Source: Gracilimonas sp. (GTDB lineage: Bacteria; Bacteroidota; Rhodothermia; Balneolales; Balneolaceae). From it: a stretch of 64,000 nt of DNA. Numbering within the stretch: the first letter of the stretch is position 1; the number at the start of each line of letters is the position of its first letter. Under the pieces are notes generated by a model that saw only the letters and a list, made by a program, of their open reading frames with translations, had not been told where the DNA came from and searched no databases. The position numbers were made by a program, and so were the translations under genes. The stretch is taken from NCBI RefSeq assembly GCF_022450045.1, contig NZ_JAKURD010000011.1; one strand, 5' to 3'. Below, in pieces: positions 59,565-64,000 of the stretch.

Positions 59565-60221
59565 TTAATTAACGCCAGTTTGAGATAAGAAATAAGGTAA
59601 AAGGATAAAAATGGATGTTTGTGAGCATTTCCCGGGGTCATGCTTTCTGGCCATACTGTTATATTCACGAATGAAAAGCCGGTTTAGAAATAATCCCTCC
59701 TTATCTTCGAAAAGCTCCGGCTTGATGCGCTGCACATAATACATCGGGATCTTACCGGTGTATTGGATATTTACTTCGCAGCGACTTTTACATTCAAAGA
59801 AATTTTTAACGTGCTTATACTTGGTTTTGGAAATATTAATAGAATTTTTTTCGAAGTGCTGTTTAAGCCGGGCAGCAAGGTTTAGGGTCTCTACCCAAAT
59901 ATCATAGGCGAAGCGTTTCTTACCGATCACTCCCACTACGGCTTTTTCGGTGTGAATGCCGCCGCGGATTGGGAGATAGGGGATCTTATTAAGGCGCGAA
60001 TCTTTTTTAATACGTTTGTAAAGCTCAAATCCATTCATGACGGCCATATCCACATCACTTAGAATAAGATCAGGGTATTCAGCCCGTGATAGTTCCAGGG
60101 CATCTTGTCTATTTTGAGCAGTAAGTACTTCGTATCCTTTTTGAATTAATTTCTGCCTTGTAAATGTTGCAGGCGCAAAGTGATCATCCACAACTAAAAG
60201 GCACGGTTTTGTTTTTAACAC
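59565..60221 (-). pseudogene. Internally deleted response regulator-adenylate/guanylate cyclase gene
   Basis: Truncated REC domain (VVDD...DLILSDVDM...KIP) fused in frame to only the C-terminal half of a class III cyclase (IRGGIHT...IGKKRFAYDIW). Confidence 0.75.
59570..59640. mobile_element. Truncated left end of MITE family A
   Basis: TAACGCCAGTTTGAGATAA followed by AAAGGATAAAAATGGAT and CATTTCCCG, matching the 23130 copy. Confidence 0.7.
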
Positions 60222-60338
60222 AGTGTGATTTTTAAAATTCGATGCTAATATATTTCATTGATTGTTACAATGTGTAAGAAATCTGAGCATTAACCACGAA
60301 AAACCGATAGTTTTAAGCTTCACTAAGAAAAAAAATCT

Positions 60339-61697
60339 ATGCAAGAAGTAGCACATAAAAATTGGTCCCCAATTTCCTGGAAAGATAAACCGGTAAAGCA
60401 GCTTCCGGAATATCCAAATCAAACAAAATTAGAGGAAAGTTACCAGACATTAAAATCTTTACCTCCGTTGGTTACATCCTGGGAAATTGAGGCTTTAAAG
60501 GCCAAACTCGCAGATGTTGCTGCTGGCAAGGCATTTCTGTTGCAAGGCGGTGATTGTGCGGAAAGTTTTGATGCGACCAAAGCCCCGAAGATCGTGAATA
60601 TGGTAAAAGTGTTGCTGCAGATGAGTTTCATCCTCATCCACGAAATGGGAGCTCCGGTATTGCGGGTAGGCAGAATTGCCGGGCAGTATGCCAAACCCCG
60701 ATCCAGTGATTTTGAAATGGTGAATGGTGAAGAAATCCACAATTACCGCGGAGATCTTATCAATGGATATGAATCTGAATCAGGAATCAGAATGCCGGAT
60801 CCGGACCGATTGATCGAAGGTTATCACAAAGCCGGTCTTACACTGAATTTTCTGAGAGCGCTGGCAGATGAAGGTTTTGCCGATCTCCATCATCCCGAAC
60901 AATGGGAACTCGACTTCATGCGTAATAACGAATATTATGCAGAATATGAGGAAATGGTAACTTCGATCACGAAGGCCGTTCGTTTTGTGGAGGCTATCGC
61001 TCCGGACACTTTTACCACGCTTCAAAAAGTAGATTTCTATACATCCCACGAAGCATTGAATCTATATTATGATTCTGCACAAACCCGTCCCGTTCCACGC
61101 AAAAACGGTCATTTTAATTTAAGTGCACACATGGTATGGTTAGGGAACCGAACCCGTGATCTGGATGGGGCGCATGTTGAATACTTCAAGGGGATCAATA
61201 ATCCTGTGGGTATAAAAATTGGACCTCCTTATGAAATTGATGAAACTCTCAAGCTGATAGAAACTTTAAACCCAAATCATGAGGCAGGTAAAATCGTGCT
61301 CATTACCCGGTTCGGGAAAGATACCGTAGAGGAAGAACTGCCGAAATTAATTCGGGCGGTCCGGCGTGAGGGTTTTCCGGTTGTATGGAGTTCCGACCCT
61401 ATGCACGGGAATACGTTCAGTACTGACGGCGGCGTAAAGACCCGAAATTTTGATGATATAATCAGTGAAGTGCGTTCCGCTTTTGCTATTCATCGTTCGG
61501 AAGGAAGCTACCTTGGCGGTGTTCATCTGGAGCTAACCGGTGATAATGTAACCGAATGCGTTGGCGGAGCTAAAGGCCTGGAAGAAGATGAGCTCAATCG
61601 AAATTATGAGACCTTCTGCGATCCTCGCTTAAACTATGAACAAAGCCTCGAAATGGCCTTCCTGGTAGCCCGTGAGTGGAAGAAAAGCTACTCTTAA
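60339..61697 (+). CDS. Class II 3-deoxy-D-arabino-heptulosonate 7-phosphate (DAHP) synthase
   Basis: LLQGGDCAESF, GRIAGQYAKPRS, WLGNRTR, SDPMHGNT, HLELTG and CDPRLN motifs. Confidence 0.95.
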   Translation: MQEVAHKNWSPISWKDKPVKQLPEYPNQTKLEESYQTLKSLPPLVTSWEIEALKAKLADVAAGKAFLLQGGDCAESFDATKAPKIVNMVKVLLQMSFILIHEMGAPVLRVGRIAGQYAKPRSSDFEMVNGEEIHNYRGDLINGYESESGIRMPDPDRLIEGYHKAGLTLNFLRALADEGFADLHHPEQWELDFMRNNEYYAEYEEMVTSITKAVRFVEAIAPDTFTTLQKVDFYTSHEALNLYYDSAQTRPVPRKNGHFNLSAHMVWLGNRTRDLDGAHVEYFKGINNPVGIKIGPPYEIDETLKLIETLNPNHEAGKIVLITRFGKDTVEEELPKLIRAVRREGFPVVWSSDPMHGNTFSTDGGVKTRNFDDIISEVRSAFAIHRSEGSYLGGVHLELTGDNVTECVGGAKGLEEDELNRNYETFCDPRLNYEQSLEMAFLVAREWKKSYS

Positions 61698-61749
61698 TAA
61701 GGTTTTAGGTGTTAGAAATATCTCCTGACACCTGAATTCCTGCCAACTT

Positions 61750-61787
61750 TGTCAGTGAACTGACAGTCCTGCTTTTTCGGACTGTCA
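61750..61787. promoter_or_regulatory. Overlapping inverted repeats upstream of hsp20 (9-N9-9 geometry)
   Basis: TGTCAG-TGAA-CTGACA (61750-61765) and TGACAGTCC-N9-GGACTGTCA (61761-61787). Confidence 0.5.
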
Positions 61788-61934
61788 ACATTTCTTTTCT
61801 TTATAAGCGGACTGAAATTTCAACAGACCGGTGTTGTCCGTCTGTCAGAAAAGGCGTGCTCTTTTTTCGATGGTACGAAGCTTGTATAAGTCATAGTGAA
61901 TCATGAAAAAAATCAAAAAAAAAAGAGGTTTATT

Positions 61935-62363
61935 ATGGCACTTATCAAATATTCCCGACCCAATGTTGATCTTCAATCCAAGAATTTCAGCGATATCCTT
62001 GATGAATTCTTCAATGAATCACTCAACTATCGCAGAGATTCATTTATGCCAAGCGTAGATATTTCAGAAACCGAAACTAATTTTGAAGTTTCAGTTGCGT
62101 TGCCCGGTATGAATAAAGAAGATATTAATGTAGATCTCGATAACAGCCGCCTTTCAATAAGTGGTGAGCGTACATTTGAGGAGGAAGAAGAAGGCAAGAA
62201 CTACCATCAGGTTGAATCAAAATTTGGTTCATTCAACCGTTCCTTCCAGCTTCCAGACAGCATTGATGAAGAAAGCATAGAAGCAAAATATGAGAATGGT
62301 GTACTCACTATCACCATTGCAAAAAATGAAGAAAAGGTTAAGAAGCAGATCAAGATAAACTAA
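61935..62363 (+). CDS. Hsp20/alpha-crystallin small heat-shock protein
   Basis: PSVDISETETNFEVSVALPGM, FNRSFQLP and YENGVLTITI motifs. Probable ATG at 61935. Confidence 0.93.
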   Translation: MALIKYSRPNVDLQSKNFSDILDEFFNESLNYRRDSFMPSVDISETETNFEVSVALPGMNKEDINVDLDNSRLSISGERTFEEEEEGKNYHQVESKFGSFNRSFQLPDSIDEESIEAKYENGVLTITIAKNEEKVKKQIKIN

Positions 62364-62383
62364 GCTTGATCGATTGGTTAAGG

Positions 62384-62422
62384 GAACCGGAGCTCCCTGA
62401 TAGGGCTCCGGTCTCTTTTTTT
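62384..62422 (+). terminator. Intrinsic terminator
   Basis: ACCGGAGCTCC-CTGATA-GGGCTCCGGT followed by a T run. Confidence 0.75.
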
Positions 62423-62518
62423 AGAAAATGAATGTAAAGGTTTGTGGAAACGCACAATTTTCAAAATTTCATGCGTTGTACAATCTCAAACATCAAATAC
62501 AAAAAAGTATAGAAAAAC

Positions 62519-64000
62519 ATGAATGCTACAGTAAGAAATATATTTGGGGTAGCCGCTGCAGTTATCGTTCTTTTAGGATTTAACTGGGCTACGGATATTG
62601 ACTCACTTTCCCTATCTACCGAAACAAAAAATATTGATAAGATAGAGAAGACAGAGTCTGTAGAAAACCGATCGGTTGCCTCACTTAAAGATTTTAATGA
62701 TGCTATTGTTGAGATCGCTGAAAAAACGAATCCGGCTGTTGTAACCATCACTACAAAAAGGACACAAAAAGTACGCGTGGTAAATCCTTTTTCACAATTT
62801 TTCGGAATGCCGGGAGAGGAAGGAGAAACCCAGGAAAGAGTACAGCGCGGATTAGGATCCGGAGTCATAGTATCTGAAGAGGGATATATACTCACCAATA
62901 ATCATGTGATCACTGAAACGGATGAGATCAATGTGCGTTTGTTTAATGGCAATGAAGTCACTGCCGAATTAATTGGCACCGACCCTCAAACAGATATTGC
63001 AGTGCTAAAAGTTGATGTAGATAATATACCAACTGTTGAATTGGGAGACAGCGATAACTTAAAAGTTGGATCATTTGTTCTTGCAATCGGAAGTCCGTTA
63101 CGTGAATCCTTGGCACATACCGTTTCAATGGGTATCGTAAGTGCCCGCGGAAGAATCCTCAATGAATTGACAATGTACGGAGATTACATCCAAACCGATG
63201 CCGCCATCAATCCGGGTAATTCCGGCGGAGCCTTGATCGATGTAAACGGGCAGTTAGTTGGAATTAATTCCGCGATCGCTTCAAGGTCCGGAGGCAATGA
63301 CGGGATTGGCTTTGCTATCCCGATCAATCTTGCGGAAAGAATCATGAACGATCTGATTGAGGATGGCAAAGTAAGTCGCGGTTATCTTGGAATGGTTTTC
63401 GGTGGCGAAGTTGATCAAATGATGGCTCGTGCACTTGGCCTTGATAATGTTCGAGGTGTGATCGTAGGGCGTGTTGAAGAAGGCGGTCCTGCAGATAAAG
63501 CGGGATTACAAACTCAGGATGTGATCGTATCCCTGGATAATGATCAGATCAGAAGTTGGGACAGTTTCAGGACAAGTATTGCATCCAGGAAACCTGGCGA
63601 TACCATTAATCTTGGAATTATTCGCGATCAAGAAGAAATGAATTTGAAAGTGACTTTGGAAGAACGTCCTGAAGGGCCTGTTGCATCAGTAAATCAAACT
63701 GAATCTGAAGATCTTCAGGAGCGTCTCGGTTTTTCCGTTCGAAATCTGGATCAAAACATCAGAAATCAATTCGGAATCGGCAACGATGTCCAGGGAATTA
63801 TCGTTGAGAGAATAAGTCAATCAAGCAATGCTTATGAAAGAGGCTTGAGAAGTGATGACATCATAACCAAAGTAAAACGTACTAAAGTTGAGACAACCAG
63901 TGAGTTTTACAAGGAAGTCGAAAAAGCTGTAGAGGCCGGAGATGAAGTGATTTTATTAACGGTTCTTAGAAATGATCTGGAACAATATGTGGCTTTTGAA
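62519..64000 (+). CDS. DegP/HtrA (Do family) serine endoprotease, 3' truncated; absent from the supplied ORF track
   Basis: ATG at 62519 (MNATVRNIFG...), GLGSGVIVSEEGYILTNNHV, QTDAAINPGNSGGAL and two PDZ-like domains. Frame is open to the window end. Confidence 0.93.
   Translation, partial: MNATVRNIFGVAAAVIVLLGFNWATDIDSLSLSTETKNIDKIEKTESVENRSVASLKDFNDAIVEIAEKTNPAVVTITTKRTQKVRVVNPFSQFFGMPGEEGETQERVQRGLGSGVIVSEEGYILTNNHVITETDEINVRLFNGNEVTAELIGTDPQTDIAVLKVDVDNIPTVELGDSDNLKVGSFVLAIGSPLRESLAHTVSMGIVSARGRILNELTMYGDYIQTDAAINPGNSGGALIDVNGQLVGINSAIASRSGGNDGIGFAIPINLAERIMNDLIEDGKVSRGYLGMVFGGEVDQMMARALGLDNVRGVIVGRVEEGGPADKAGLQTQDVIVSLDNDQIRSWDSFRTSIASRKPGDTINLGIIRDQEEMNLKVTLEERPEGPVASVNQTESEDLQERLGFSVRNLDQNIRNQFGIGNDVQGIIVERISQSSNAYERGLRSDDIITKVKRTKVETTSEFYKEVEKAVEAGDEVILLTVLRNDLEQYVAFE

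Noticed and set aside
61761-61787. CIRCE (HrcA) operator
   Set aside because: The geometry matches but the sequence is not TTAGCACTC-N9-GAGTGCTAA. Reported instead as a novel IR.
62461-62898. 145-aa minus-strand ORF
   Set aside because: It is the antisense shadow of the DegP/HtrA gene, which has clear catalytic motifs on the plus strand.

Overview
Bacterial chromosomal window. Gene style, a TAnnTTTG-type promoter element and GTTGTG-type CRISPR repeats suggest Bacteroidota/Balneolota, probably Balneolaceae-like (inference only). It is mostly housekeeping: ettA, gcvP, ppc, ilvE, tag, crcB, rdgB, purA, secDF, uvrA, class II DAHP synthase, hsp20 and a DegP/HtrA protease. There are two accessory blocks. 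(1) A sulfur/persulfide-handling cluster at about 16.5-25.4 kb: GntR regulator, YeeE/YedE pair (one frameshifted), two MBL-rhodanese paralogs, SulP, a rhodanese and a TauE/SafE-type remnant. (2) A type II-C CRISPR-Cas9 locus at about 39.4-45.5 kb: a 1200-aa Cas9, cas1, cas2, a two-repeat mini-array and a clearly identifiable tracrRNA. A tightly coupled two-gene module (91-aa protein plus 158-aa nucleotidyltransferase) sits between cas9 and cas1. Other highlights: a candidate ribosome-arrest leader ORF ending in GGTAINAP-stop upstream of secDF; a MITE family with 19-bp terminal inverted repeats and REP-like hairpin cargo at six or more sites, two of which bracket the CRISPR island; a class IV PLP enzyme with a displaced catalytic lysine beside a sulfotransferase-like gene; and several pseudogenes. 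No rRNA or tRNA genes and no transposase were seen.
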